From Callorhinchus milii (Eukaryota), in assembly GCF_018977255.1 (NCBI RefSeq), contig NW_024704742.1, positions 93,188,001 through 93,252,000 on the forward strand: DNA of 64,000 bases, read 5' to 3'. Under the pieces are notes generated by a model. That model saw only the letters and a program-made list of their open reading frames with translations. It did no database searches and was not told the DNA's origin. How positions within the stretch are numbered: the stretch's first letter is position 1; each line of letters begins with the position of its first letter. A program made the translations under genes and the position numbers. Below are positions 1 to 12,521 of the stretch, piece after piece.

Positions 1-1671
1 CATTTCTGATTATTATCATTTTGTAAAGCCCTTAAAGACAATCTTTTGAGCCCTATGTAAATGTAAATTATTATTGCTGCACTTGTCACATTTTGTCCAA
101 AACATTTGCTATTTCTTCCCAGTTGCATTTTTTACAGCTTGGAAATACTGTGCCTGTTTTTTATTCTCTTCACTTTTCATCTGCCAGCTGTTGGCGATGC
201 ACTGAGGTTGTCTGGTAGTTGTTCTGGTAACAAGCAGGTGAGCTGTGAGCTGAAACCCATTTGTCTAACTTTGCTCTCACCCTGTCAGTTGCAGACAAAC
301 AGACATTTTCAGCGCATTAATGAGGCCTTTTAGCCCATCAATTCTGTGCCATTGTTGGCTACATTTCCAAATCAACTTCCTTTTTATTAATCCCACTCTC
401 CACTTGCTTTCCACATATCCCCTATTGTTTTTTTTTAATCACCCAGCTGCTTAAATTGCCTTTTGAGTAGTTCTATTCATCTAACCTCAACAGCCGCTTG
501 TGGCAGTAAATTCCAAACCCTATCAGTCCTCTGGGTGCAGAAATTCTGTCTAATCTCCCCCTTAATTTTTTTTGAGCAATCCCAAGGCTCCTTGTAACTG
601 AATGGAGGATATGAAAAACTGCTGAAGTTATACAGAGGATTTGGCGGTTTGCATCCTATAAATCACTCAGTTATGCAATTGAATGATTCTCCCCCACTAC
701 AGGACCAATTGAGTTCTGTCGGCCAAAAAATCTGGATTTGTTTTCTTGTAAAAATACTCATCACAGAAATGTGTGCAATTTATGCATCTAATTCATATAT
801 ATTTTTAAAAAGTTTAAAAATTATTTTGAAACATTCTAGCTATTGGGTGCTAATATTGTTGGTTACTAATGTAAGAGCTGGAGACACAGGGAGAATTGTG
901 CAGAGTTATTGAGCAGAGATGCACATGTCTAGCTGAGGATGTGGATATAAGACAGAACTGTGGGGATGGTGTAGTTACTGAGCAGAGTTTGTTCACGTGT
1001 GACTGGGGACTGTGTTGGTGATGCATATTTCCTGTCATCAGGTTCATGACTCAATTGACACCTTCATCTTTACTGACACAGTTGGAGGCCCCATGAGTCA
1101 AGTAAAGTTCCAATGATCACTCGTGGCAAGCATAAGCTACCACACAAACAAACCACTAGTACAGGCCACAGCTATAATTCATCTTTTATAAAACAATTTC
1201 TGAAAAAGATAAATGCGTTGAGACAAATGAAATCTTGAGCATTGTATATAAGCCTTTCACAACAGTCATTTTTTTGTCAGTTTTTCTCTCATCCACAGTA
1301 TCTGGAAGGATGAGATCAAATGGTCTGAAGAGCTTTCTTCATCCAAATCTCTCTTGTGATCTCTTTCAAAGGAAGGGAGGCAAGATCGAAAAACATGCAG
1401 ACATCTCCAAAAGCACCATCAATAACACTCTTCATAAGTACTTCCACCTTATTAAATCTCTGCATTGTAATCATAAGTCCCATCAATAATTAATATGTTT
1501 TAAAAATATCACTTAAGAAATGTGAATCATATCATAATCTTTGTGAAACAATAACAACTTTTATTTACATAATTGCCTTTCATGTGAAAGAACCTGTCAA
1601 AGAGCTTGACAAAGGTAGAGGTGGACTCTAAGGAAAGCAAGAGATTTAAAGATATTGACTAAAGGCAAGGT

Positions 1672-1810
1672 TGAATCATAGAATCATAGAGTTATACAGC
1701 ACAGGAGGAGGCCATTCGGCCCATCATGTCATACCAGCTCTTTTAAAAGAGCTATCCAAATCAATCCACTCTCCCGCTCTCCCCATAGCCCTGCAAACTC
1801 GTCCTCCCCA
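1672..1810 (-). mobile_element. CR1-type LINE 3' end fragment
   Basis: aatcatagaatcatagag...gcacaggaggaggccattcggcccatc is the reverse complement of a CR1 3'UTR with its octamer tail. Confidence 0.7.
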
Positions 1811-1811
1811 A

Positions 1812-2092
1812 ATAATTATAATAATAATCCTTGCATTTGATATAGCGCTTTTCACGTCTTCTAGACATCTCAAAGTGCTTCACAGAATATACTGTAAAGT
1901 GAATTGACTGTATATTTGTGGGCGAAACGTGGCAGCCAATTGCACATAGCAGTGTCCCACAAACAGACATGGATTGAAATGACCAATTTATTATTGTTTT
2001 TTTTCTTGAGGGATTATTATCAGGCGTGTGGAGTAAAGAAACTTGCCCAAGGTTTCACTCTGCCGGGAATTAAACCCAGGTCTCTCGCTTGT
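1812..2092 (-). mobile_element. tRNA-derived Deu-domain SINE, 5'-truncated
   Basis: Aligns by eye to the full-length copy at 6694-7032; (TAA)n tail at the left end. Confidence 0.85.
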
Positions 2093-2122
2093 GGTTGAAG
2101 TGACCAATTTATTATCATGTTT

Positions 2123-2408
2123 TAATAATAATAATAATCCTTGCATTTGATATAGCGTTTTTCACGTTGGGAGGACATCCCAAAGCGCTTCACAGAACAC
2201 ACTGTAAAGTGAATTGACTGTATATTTGTGGGCGAACGCGGCAGCCAATTGCGCACAGCAATATCCCACAAACAGTCGTAGATTGAAAATGACCAATTTA
2301 TTATTGTTTTTGGTTTTGGAGGAATTATTATTAGGCGTGTGGAGTAAGGAAACTTGCCCAAGGTTTCGCCCTCCCTGGAATTGAACTCAAGTCTCTCGCT
2401 TGCAAAGC
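2123..2408 (-). mobile_element. tRNA-derived Deu-domain SINE (left arm of an inverted pair)
   Basis: Near-identical to the 44777-45101 copy; truncated inside the tRNA head. Confidence 0.9.
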
Positions 2409-2712
2409 TCAGTGGTTAGAGCACTCGCTTTGCAAGTGAGAGACCTGAGTTCAATTCCAGACAGGGCGAAACCTTGGGCAAGTTTCCTTACTCCACACGC
2501 CTAATAATAATCCCTCCAAAACCAAAAACAATAATAAATTGGTCATTTTCAATCCACGACTGTTTGTGGGACATTGCTGTGCGCAATTGGCTGCCGTGTT
2601 TCGCCCACAAATATATAGTCAATTCACTTTACAACATGTTCTGTGAAGCGCTTTGAGATGTCTAGAAGACGTGAAAAGCGCAATATCATATGTAAGGATT
2701 ATTATTATTATT
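2406..2712 (+). mobile_element. tRNA-derived Deu-domain SINE (right arm of an inverted pair)
   Basis: Starts agctcagtggttagagc (A box), has B box gagttcaattcc and ends in (TTA)n. Confidence 0.9.
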
Positions 2713-3068
2713 AAATATAGCGCGGAATCCCATGTATTCTGTGTATCATCAAAACGACACCAAATTGTGCTGTGTTTTTATACTTTTAACATTACGGAGT
2801 TTAACAAAAAGGCAACCACTAGCTGAACGAAACTTTAAAGCTAAACATATAGGATTTTTTTTAAAAATTGAAAACAAGTTCACAGGAAATTTTCTGCAAG
2901 TGAAGGTAAGAAATCTTGTTAAGTATTATTTCCAAAGGTGCTGAGATATTGAAGGAAACGAGTTAAAAAGATCTCTTTGCTGCAAGCTCATGATTTTGAA
3001 TTCTATGCACAGTATCGGCTAATGATCCCAGTCTGTCACAAATGCCGTACAATAAACCAAAAACTTAC

Positions 3069-3120
3069 CTTGGAGCTGGAGTCAAGCCTGTGGTTTTGAC
3101 GGGGGTCCAGGTCAGAGATA
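3069..3120 (-). CDS. Kelch-repeat protein exon 7: (V)SLTWTPVKTTGLTPAP(R); gene continues, with later exons probably left of the window
   Basis: Acceptor tgttgtttag, donor gtaagt, 52 nt, phase 1 to 2; W..V...G..P.PR motif. No further exon recognised in 1-3068. Confidence 0.88.
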
Positions 3121-3671
3121 CTAAACAACACAAACCATGCAATAGATCATTTAAAACCTAAGCACGAGGAAACAACGTTTTTTACCTGAATTTGACAGGA
3201 ATATACTTTACTTCAACTTGGATTTATATAGCGACCTTCACGAGGGGTAGCATTGGAGCACTTAACAGGGGCAAAGCCTGATGTCGAGCCGAGGGGAGGG
3301 AGGGAGTAGGTGACTGTAAGCAAGATCAAAGAGGAAGGTCTTTATGAATGATCTGCAAATGGGGAAGGAGGGGGCAAGGCGGAGGGATTGAGGGTGAGCA
3401 TTCCGAAGTTGAGTAAAAAGTTTTAAATTAATCTAAATAACATACACACACACACACATACACAATCATAGTGTACACGCAATAGTAATCAGGAGCATCA
3501 TGATGCTTTCCGCATGTGTCAGACACCCAGCTGATTACCCGGAAATTGGCCATTTTTCAGCGCTTTGCTTATAACACAGAATCTGAGACATTGGACATGG
3601 ACAACTGTGTTATAAAGGGGTTTGCTCTGTACACACATATAAATTTTTTTTTACTATTTTGCTACACCAAC

Positions 3672-3818
3672 CTGTGCTGAACATGAAGAGATCATTAGAA
3701 ACTGCTCCATTTTGTATTCCACCAAAGACAAAAATGTTGTCTCCAACCGGAGTGGCGCTGTGGCACAAAGTGCAGGGGGCAATGCCATTTAGCTGAAGCT
3801 TCTCCCAGGTTAGAGACT
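3672..3818 (-). CDS. Kelch-repeat protein exon 6: (E)SLTWEKLQLNGIAPCTLCHSATPVGDNIFVFGGIQNGAVSNDLFMFST
   Basis: Acceptor ttcttcag, donor gttggt, 147 nt, phase 1 to 1; a complete kelch repeat (HSA...IFVFGG...NDL); lies within ORF 3610..3975(-). Confidence 0.92.
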
Positions 3819-5251
3819 CTGAAGAATTCAAGAGAAAAAGTTTGTTTCTGGAATTGTGTAGCAGTTTATTACAAACCATGATGTATTTTGGTGTGTCCCT
3901 ATGGCAGATCTTAGCTTCACAGTAACATCTGTGTGAAGGGAGCATCCTTTTCTCCTGGTCCATTTTCACCCTCATTCAAATTATTAGAAAAAGAAAACAG
4001 ATTATATATGTGGGCATTGATCTCCTTGCTGTTTATAAAATATTATAGGGGCAGATTAACTGCTGCATTTGTCTATCTATGCAACAGTCTCTGCACTTCT
4101 AAGTAACTCATTGTGCACAGTGGTTTGAGATATCTCAGTGTCATAAAGTGCTACATCTTTCTCATTTCAAGCACAAGGAATCAAGTCGGAAGAATCAGTG
4201 GAAAAGCCTTCAATAAGCCTTCAATGTGTCTGTTTGTGTGCGCGTGTATTTGTGAGTATAAGCACATAGTCATGCTGGAGGCAACATTTATAATACAATA
4301 ACAATCCTTGCATTTGATATATCATCTTACTTATCACATCGTTGAGACATCTTAATACATTTCATAAGAATTAACTGAGATTTGTAGTGACTGTATTTCT
4401 AGACAAACATGGCAGTGAAATTGGGCACAGCAATATCCTGCTTTGGTAAGTTCCCCAAATGCCAGCATCCAAGTGCCCATTCTTCTTGTATAAGCCTTGA
4501 CATTGAGTGTCAGATGATTATTCAACCATGAAGTGCATCACAGTCGAGCTCAATACTGCCAGACACACATACACATGGCTTCCAACAAGAGTTACCATTG
4601 ATAGTGATAAATTCTCTGTGGATTTTTAATTGTTTCTTCTTTAGTTGCTTTTAAGTCCCTAATTTGAAAAAAAAACTACATATGTTCTTTCCCCTCATTC
4701 AGATTTTGTAGCTTTATACCTCAACCAAGACAATGTGCTTGCTGATGGGGAACAGGACTGTGCTCAGCTGTGAGATACCACATGACTAAATAGCCTTCCA
4801 GCACTCACTGTACAGCTCACACATGAAAAATAGCCAAGGTGCTGGAGATTTGCTAGTAACAGTGGAAATCTACTACATAATATGTCACTGCCTCCAGGAG
4901 AGAAAAAGTAAAAAATTGGGGGGAGGGGGGCGCGGGAGGTTTGGAGTCAGGAACCTGTTCACAAGAGACACATTTTAACTGGCACCATCTGCCACATGAA
5001 AGTATTTAATGCGCTTTTCCTATCTAAGCTGTGTCATTTTATAAAGAAGTATATGTTTGATCCTTCAGTTACTTGTTGACTGAGATCATTCTGTGAGAAG
5101 ATCATTAGTGTATATATATGTCAGCCTCTGGATGTTTGCAACTTTTAATTAGTCATTAAACTAAACGGATCTTGTTTACAGGGTAAAAAAGTCAGAAAAT
5201 CTAAATTTATGTTTTAAATTTGTAAAAAAAATGAATATAATGCAGACTCAC

Positions 5252-5340
5252 CTATGTCAAAACAATGCATCCCAGGTAAACATTCTTCTGCATTAAGTTG
5301 CCAACGGCCTCCAAACAAAAAGATCTTCCCTTTCACAACG
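5252..5340 (-). CDS. Kelch-repeat protein exon 5: VVKGKIFLFGGRWQLNAEECLPGMHCFDI
   Basis: Acceptor tttttaag, donor gtgagt, 89 nt, phase 2 to 1; KIFLFGG motif. Confidence 0.9.
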
Positions 5341-6488
5341 CTTAAAAATAATATATATTTTAAAGTGTGTGGAAAACATTTAATTCTTAACTACTGTGCT
5401 TAAATTTGACAGATAATAGCGCACAGGGAGTTAGTGCTGCAAATGAAAGTGACAGCTTCAAACTAAAATTTTGAACTCAAGAAAATTAAAATGGGTGGAG
5501 TTCAAAAAGGATTTAAACATGTGCATGTGTGTGTGCGGGCGTGTGTTTGTGATCTGGATTAGCACAGGATAGGGTGGAATGGAGTAGGATGGAATGGAAA
5601 GAAGGGAGAAATATTGTAACTCTGTGTGTCACTGCTACTGATTCTACATTTAAAATAGTGAGGAGAATTAGCAAGGAGAACAAATTGGAGTTAATAACTA
5701 AATACATAATTACAATACTTCTCTGGGTAATCTTTTTTATACCCCTTCAATTTTTACATCTTCTCTCTCTCTCCCTTCCTCTCCTGAAGATGCTGAACCT
5801 TATTGGGGCACAGTTAATGGATACCACCCCCTCCATTATTTTACTTACATTTCACGTGTGACCTTAGCCGGGACATTTTGAGAGCCTATATGATCATGAT
5901 GGCATCACAGTTGAGCCAATTTCTATCCTCACCAGACATAGCTACATACATGTATTTTCAATACTGGATGTTGGGTAGCAGACTGACTAAGTTCCCTCCA
6001 TCCCCCTTTAGCTCAGAATGACTTGAGGCCAATTTTAATGCCCTCAGTGAGATCAGCTAACTCTGCACGTACGAGGATCCAGAGTCAAACCTGTGATCTT
6101 CCTCTGTATGGTTCAATTGTCACCACTGTTAATGGTGAGTCTTTGAGGAGTTACACATCATGTATATTAATTGATACATACACATTACATATCAGTCTAA
6201 TATAAAATTATAATACATCCAAGTAGGTATAATTGAGCTAAAGATCCCTATAAACCTCTGTGTGAATCATTTTCGAAACTTCCCTCAATCTGTTTTGTGA
6301 TCATCTTAAATGTGTGCCCTTTTGTTACTGACTCACTGAGTAATGGAGATAAACTATTACTAGGTATGCTATCATAATCCCTCATAATATGTAACACTTC
6401 CAGACAGTTGGATTTTGAAGGCAACACAGATCAATCTGCTCTAGTGCCTGTTGGTTACTCACTGACCGGGCCCCAAGTTCTACCTTAC

Positions 6489-6567
6489 CAGATGGAGTGC
6501 CCTTCCCTGTGAGATGGTATACATCCGTTCTGTGGTATTGCTTCCCAAGTCAGATCAGAAAGAGTCA
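6489..6567 (-). CDS. Kelch-repeat protein exon 4: (V)TLSDLTWEAIPQNGCIPSHREGHSI(C)
   Basis: Acceptor ttctctttacaatag, donor gtaagg, 79 nt, phase 1 to 2; W....G..P..R.GH kelch motif. Confidence 0.9.
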
Positions 6568-6693
6568 CTATTGTAAAGAGAAAATGTGTTACAATGTTAT
6601 TCGGTCTTGTACTAAAAAGAAACAATCGTAAGCAAAGAATGTATAACTCACTACCACAACGAATAGTGCATTTGAATACCGAGAATAAGTCAT

Positions 6694-7001
6694 GTGGAGT
6701 CCTGTAGCTCAGTGGTTAGAGCACTCGCTTTGCAAGTGAGAGACTTGAGTTCAATTCCAGGCAGAGGGCGAAACCTTGGGCAAGTTTCCTTACTCCACAC
6801 GCCTAATAATAATCCCTCCAAAAAACCAAAAACAATAATTAAATTGGTCATTTTCAATCTACGACTGTTTGTGGGACATTGCTGTGCGCAATTGGCTGCC
6901 GCGTTCGCCCACAAATATACAGTCAATTCACTTTACAGTGTGTTCTGTGAAGCGCTTTGGGACGTCCTCCCGATGTGAAAAGCGCTATATCAAATGCAAG
7001 G

Positions 7002-7032
<31 letters not shown>
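6694..7032 (+). mobile_element. Full-length tRNA(Ala-like)-headed Deu-domain SINE with L2-like 3' end and (TTA)n tail
   Basis: A box tagctcagtgg, ttgcaa anticodon-like loop, B box gagttcaattcc, DeuSINE core gggacattgctgtgcgcaattggctgcc, and a tail sharing gtgaaaagcgctatat.aaatg with the L2 3' ends in this window. Confidence 0.92.
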
Positions 7033-7033
<1 letters not shown>

Positions 7034-8001
7034 GTTTTCCCAACCTTCCCTTCAGTCTAGTCAGTGAGTCAGTAACTAAAGCGGACACATTTAAGAGGAT
7101 CACAAAACAAACTGAAAAACAAAATCAGTTAGATATTTATTCTCAGTTTTCAAATGCACCATTTGTCTTAGAACTGAATTATACAGGGCAGAAAATAATC
7201 AGGTCCCTTTCCCTGCTCTGTGCTTAGTTAGCTAATCATAACCAGGGCAGTTGTGTGGGCACTAAGCACTATATTCGGTGTTTATTTTCTCTGGGTTCAA
7301 GAGGGGAAAATGAGTCACTTCTGATTATTCTCCACTGATAAATCTACACATCTAACCCTCCCTCCCCACCCCACACCCCAGCAGAGTTATGGTTGCATGT
7401 GTGCGAGGCACCCTCTCACCCAATATCTCACCCAATAAATCATTTATCATGTGTGTGTCCGGGCATTGAGTGTTACCAGTCCATTGGAAAACATCAAAGC
7501 CAAACCTGATCATCTTGCCTCCTGTCCACTTTCCAGCAAGAACCACTTTCACAGACTTGTATGATTGCAGATATTAAGTTGAGGCAGGATTTGAATTGGC
7601 TAGGATGGTTCCGGGATCAAATAACTCACTACCTTACACTATGTTACAAGATACGCGGAATAATACGGATTGGAAGAGGCCATTTGGCTCAACTTGCATA
7701 TATTTCTACTAACGGGATGTAAAACGTGATATTGGCAACCTGGATTTGAGTCCCTAATTGTAACTTCATTTTTGTGCACATCATTTTGCAAGTTTTGCCA
7801 AATACAACTCTCCACATGGCAAAGTAAACAATATTGCAATTAGTGACCAGTTTGCGAGTAACACATTTTAAACCTCCTTTATTGGAGTTACTGGAAACTA
7901 CCCAAAAAGGAACAGATTAATATATAAATAGAAGAATAGAACATTCAATTAACCATTTGTTTCCTTTTTACAGTGGAGACAATACCATTGGAGTTGCATA
8001 C

Positions 8002-8044
8002 CTGTAAGCATGTAGAAGTCGTTAAAATATTTAGGCTGTTGATC
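8002..8044 (-). CDS. Kelch-repeat protein exon 3: DQQPKYFNDFYMLT
   Basis: Acceptor ccttttag, donor gtatgc, 43 nt, phase 0 to 1; YFND motif typical of kelch repeats. Confidence 0.85.
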
Positions 8045-9352
8045 CTAAAAGGCACAAAATAACCATTATTCCCAAACTTAGAAATGCATTCGGATATCTC
8101 AGTGCAGATAGTATGGATACCACCGATTACTAGTGACAAATAACAGCTACAACATCTTTTTTTACTTGAATTCCTAAATGAGGTGTCTATAATATTAGAT
8201 AAACTCTAAAACAAAGTAAAATACATTTTGTTTGTTAATTTTTAAAGCAAGAGCCTTGACATTTCAAATTATTTTACAAATTAGTTGCAAGAAATTATGA
8301 TATCTGCTGATTGAACCTTTGGGATAATTCAAGTAAACAATTGACCAGCTCAGCATACTGAACATCTCAAAATGCTACAGTATGATCAATGAGATTTAGT
8401 GGCAATGCAGGTTGGCATTATGGGTTAAGCAAGCGCCAATCCATAAAATGTACTCTTAATCATATAATTAACCAATGAACAAATGAAACAAATTACAGAA
8501 ACACCCAACAGGTAATTGCAAACTTAAGCCCATCTTTATGTCTGTCAGAACATGGTTAGCCCATGAACTGTCAGCCCAACTTTTATTTTAGACCACAATT
8601 GGGTCAATCCCTGAATGAGAGGTAAGTTTACCTCTCCCCCATCCCTCACCTGTATTATTTTAATCCCTCACTACTAATTTTATCCTTTAATTCCTCAGCA
8701 ATCAGGGCTCTCCGTGTCATCTTTGATCTAGAAATAAATAACTTGTTTTGGATCATAGGAAAAGGAGGCCATTCTGTCTGTTCCCCCAGTTTATTACATT
8801 ACAGAAGAGCTTTTAATTACATTTTTACCACATTTCCTCACTTTTTCTCCACACGCTGCTCCCCAAGTATTAATCTAACTTCTTTGTAATCATGCCAATT
8901 AATTCTGTGACAATGACCTCTTGGGACTGTGTAATCCACATTTTTGCAACTCATTTTTGGTCGGCCATGTGTCTGCTTAACAGTATACAGACCAGACTGA
9001 GAATTCCACATCTGTATGCTGCCTACACGTGGAAATTTCTCTCTGTCTGGAATGAAATGCACACTCTCTCCCTGGAGGGATACATCCTGTTTACCTAATT
9101 CTGGAGGGTATTAGGCGCAGGTGGCCAAGAGCCAAGGCTCAGGGACCCCAGAGCCCACAACTGTTTGTAAGCAAGAATTGCCTAACTTGTATTCTGGAAA
9201 TGTCTAACCAAATTCTCCTTTGAAGTTATTATTAATAAGCTATAATTGCATAAAATTGCAGAGGTGTATTTGAGCAAGAGAGAAAAGCAATGTGTGCCCT
9301 AACTTGTGATGAATGAGTTTGATATAAAACTAATGATGACAGGGCTACTTAC

Positions 9353-9422
9353 TTTGAAATGAATAGCACAGCCTCCAAATATGAATGCTACATTTCCAGC
9401 AACAGTCAGTGCATGACCGTGT
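9353..9422 (-). CDS. Kelch-repeat protein exon 2: (R)HGHALTVAGNVAFIFGGCAIHFK
   Basis: Acceptor tttctag, donor gtaagt, 70 nt, phase 2 to 0; contains the kelch hydrophobic-FGG signature. Confidence 0.9.
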
Positions 9423-10934
9423 CTAGAAATAAAAAAAAATCTGTTCAATTGCATTGCACCATAAAGAAGCTAAAATTGGAATTGAGATATTAATTGGAAC
9501 TGGATAATACAATGGATTTGCAGTTACTTCATTAAACACTTACCTACTTGGACACACCAAGGGCAGCTCCACTCAGTAAAGCTTTAGCTCACAGCGCTGA
9601 GGGTATGTCTGTATCTACAAGTCTCACTGAGATCCAGTTAACCATCAACGATGCCCAAGGTGCTAAATTGGTCTCTGGTGCGCTAAAAAACTAAGAAACA
9701 TCTATACCTTCTCATTATTGTCACTTGAATAACTTTGTTTTTATGCATTGAAGCAAAACAACATTGCGACAGAATGGAGATGTTTTCCTTTTTGTTAACT
9801 AAGCATGTAGGAAGCATAGGGTAGCATCCAAGTCATTGGAATATGAGGAGACCATTCAGCCTGTCAAGACCATTTCGTAATAACTATATAATGCCTTAGA
9901 TACAACAGCAAAATTACATTTGTAAAACGCTTTTCATGCAACAACAACAACTTGCACTTATATAGTGCCCTCCATGCAGGGTAGCGTCTCAAAATGCTTA
10001 ACAGTGGTGGAGTCTGAGTAGATATAACACCTTTACATCAGGAAGACATCTCAAAGCGTTCACAGAATTTACTGTAAGGTACAGTAACTGTGTATTTTGC
10101 AGACAAATGTGGCAGCCAATTTATGCACAGCAAAGTCCCCACAAACAGCCATGAAGTGAATGCTCAGTTTATCTGGAGGGGTTGGTGGCTAGGATACCAA
10201 AAGAATAGTGCCTTTTCGATAGTGCCACAGTAGCTTTAATGTCCACCTGAATATGAAAATGAGATCTTGGTTTAACATCTTATTGGAAGGTTGCACCATA
10301 TTGGAACAGTCACCTAGGCTGTGAATTCAAAGTCCCGACTCAGAGTGAATGAGCTGCCAACTGAGCCAGGCTGACACTTGAAGTCATAGCAGATCTTTAA
10401 TCCCATTTCTCTATTTTTCACCATATCTTCTAATACCCTTACTTACTTACATATCAATTGCTTCTTCATCCAGTAAAAAATATTAAAGTTCCAACTATTG
10501 TCTCTGGGGAATCATGAGGGTTAAGGTATGACCACCTATTCCATTGCACAGGATGCACATTCATTTGCAATGCAGATTTTGTTTTCATTGCCCCCAGCCA
10601 TTTATCCTTGTAGTTTTGTCACTAAAGGTGGTTCTGCCATTACTTTTCTTGGAGTCTTCATTTTAAATATAGCTCAGAATAATTCTATATGAATATCAAT
10701 CACTTTTTATTTTCTCTGTGTCCCACCTCACTTCAACTATGCATTGCTCCTCCTACTGGGAAAGCAGGTAGGAGACTTGTTCCCATACCTCCCTCATTGC
10801 TTCCAATCTCCCTCATGCTGTGGATAATAGTCCACCACTCCACTCAGTGCTGCACCTCATGGCACATTTGATAGCAGCGATTCACCACTTGGGGAATTGT
10901 TAGTGTTAATCCATGACCACCCATTCCATTGGCA

Positions 10935-11430
10935 CAAGATAATAATAATACATGCATTTGATGTAGCACCTTATCACATCATTAACACACACCAAAGCAC
11001 TTCACAAGATTTCAACCTGGTCAGCTGGTCCTCACCTTCAAAGCCCTCCATGTGAAAGGCACTATACAAATGTAATTTTGCTGTTGTTGTGATGACTGCA
11101 AATTGTAGTGACTGTATTTTGAGGCAAATGCCGGCAACCAATTTTGCACACAGCAATGTCCTACAAACAGCCATGAAATAAATGATCAATTTTGTCTGGG
11201 AGGATTGTTGGCTAGGACACTGGGAGAAATTCCCTTCTCTTCATGAATAGTGCCATGGGATCTTTAACTCCACCAGAACCAGTTTAAAATCTCATCCGAA
11301 GGACGGCGCCTGCAGTATTGTAACTCTGTATTAGAGTTCAAATTGCAGGCTTGACTGAGTTCAAAGTTCCAACAAGGGACATGAACACACAACCTTTTGA
11401 CTCAGAGGTGAGAGTGCTCCTGACTGACTC
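10935..11430 (-). mobile_element. Older DeuSINE (SacSINE1/AmnSINE1-like) relic; similar relics at ~10020-10380(-), 14560-14890(+), 18232-18560(-) and 32720-33000(-)
   Basis: Diverged Deu-domain motifs aatagtgccatgggatcttt and ggtttaa..tctcatcc.aagga.ggc. Confidence 0.7.
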
Positions 11431-11851
11431 AGATGGATGCATCTTCGGGCTCATGATCTGCAGGATGAATGTAATCCTCAAAAATAGTTCATTCATTATT
11501 GAAAAATAAAACTTGCTCATGGGATTTCTAATCTACAAGTCTTATATTTCCATTTTTTAAATTTCCAGCTCAGACATGACAGAATCAAGATTCATCATTG
11601 ATGAATTGTAATTATTATTCAGAATTATTATGATTATGATACCCAATCAGATAGAAGTCAGAAATTGCAAAGACCAACTCATTTATCACCAACTTAGGTA
11701 ATTTAAGTGTCCAAGCTGACATCATAATAGGTAATCATTACACTTGATATACTTCCACGCTGAAGGGATCTTTCAAAGCTTTTCACAGGATATAACAGAT
11801 GGCATTGTCTACGGGTTACCTGGACCCTTTGTGCCCGCTGATGGGCATCTT

Positions 11852-12128
11852 GCGGAGTCCTGTAGCTCAGTGGTTAGAGCACTCGCCTTGCAAGCGAAAC
11901 TTTGGGCAAGTTTCCTTACTCCACACGCCTAATAATAATCCCTCCAAAACAAAAGAATAATAAATTGGTCATTTTCAATTCACGACTGTTTGTGGGACAC
12001 TGTGGTGTGCAATTGGCTGCCACATTTCGCCCACAAATATACAGTCAATTCACTTTACAACATATTCTGTGAAGCGCTTTGAGACGTCTAGAAGCGCTAT
12101 ATCAAATGCAAGGATTATTATTATTATT
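11852..12128 (+). mobile_element. DeuSINE copy with an internal deletion removing the B box
   Basis: ttgcaagcgaaactttggg junction skips the segment between two gcga-like motifs. Confidence 0.85.
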
Positions 12129-12146
12129 CAATTCTCTGTATGGGCA

Positions 12147-12521
12147 TAATAATAATAATACTCCTTGCATTCGATATAGAGCCTTATCACATCTTTGAGA
12201 CGTCTCAAAGCGCTTCACAGAATATACTGTAAAGTGAATTGATGTATATTTTGTTGGCAAAACGCAGCAGCCAATTGTGTACAAGTGTCCAACAAACAGT
12301 TATAACTGAGTAACCAAATTATTTTTTTTTGAAGGGATTATTATCCCCGGAGAAGCGACCTGCCAATCGACTAACAGCCGGGTTCCTACTTAGTGCAATG
12401 CGTGCTAGGTAAACAGAGGCGTGTGGAATAAAGAAACTTGGCCAGTGTTTCACCCCGCCTGGGAATCAAGCCCAGGTCCACTCGCTTGCGAAGGCTCCAA
12501 CTACCAAGCTACAGGACTCCG
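12147..12521 (-). mobile_element. Full-length older SINE subfamily copy (carries an extra caatcgactaacagccgggttcctactt segment)
   Basis: Tail at 12147 and tRNA head ending ctacaggactcc at 12520; same subfamily as 36210-36467. Confidence 0.85.

Noticed and set aside
2122..2656. Repeated MGKFPYSTRLIIIPPKPK.. ORFs (also at 44776-45021)
   Set aside because: Translations of SINE copies, not a gene family
6694..6770. tRNA-Ala-like sequence (also at other SINE heads)
   Set aside because: The acceptor stem is not complementary and the sequence continues into a SINE body and tail; these are SINE heads, not tRNA genes
9544..9600. Strong minus-strand donor (ag|gtaagt) that could supply ..LVCPSR upstream of kelch exon 2
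   Set aside because: There is an in-frame TGA just upstream and no good acceptor or ATG; 15395-15456 fits the kelch motif much better
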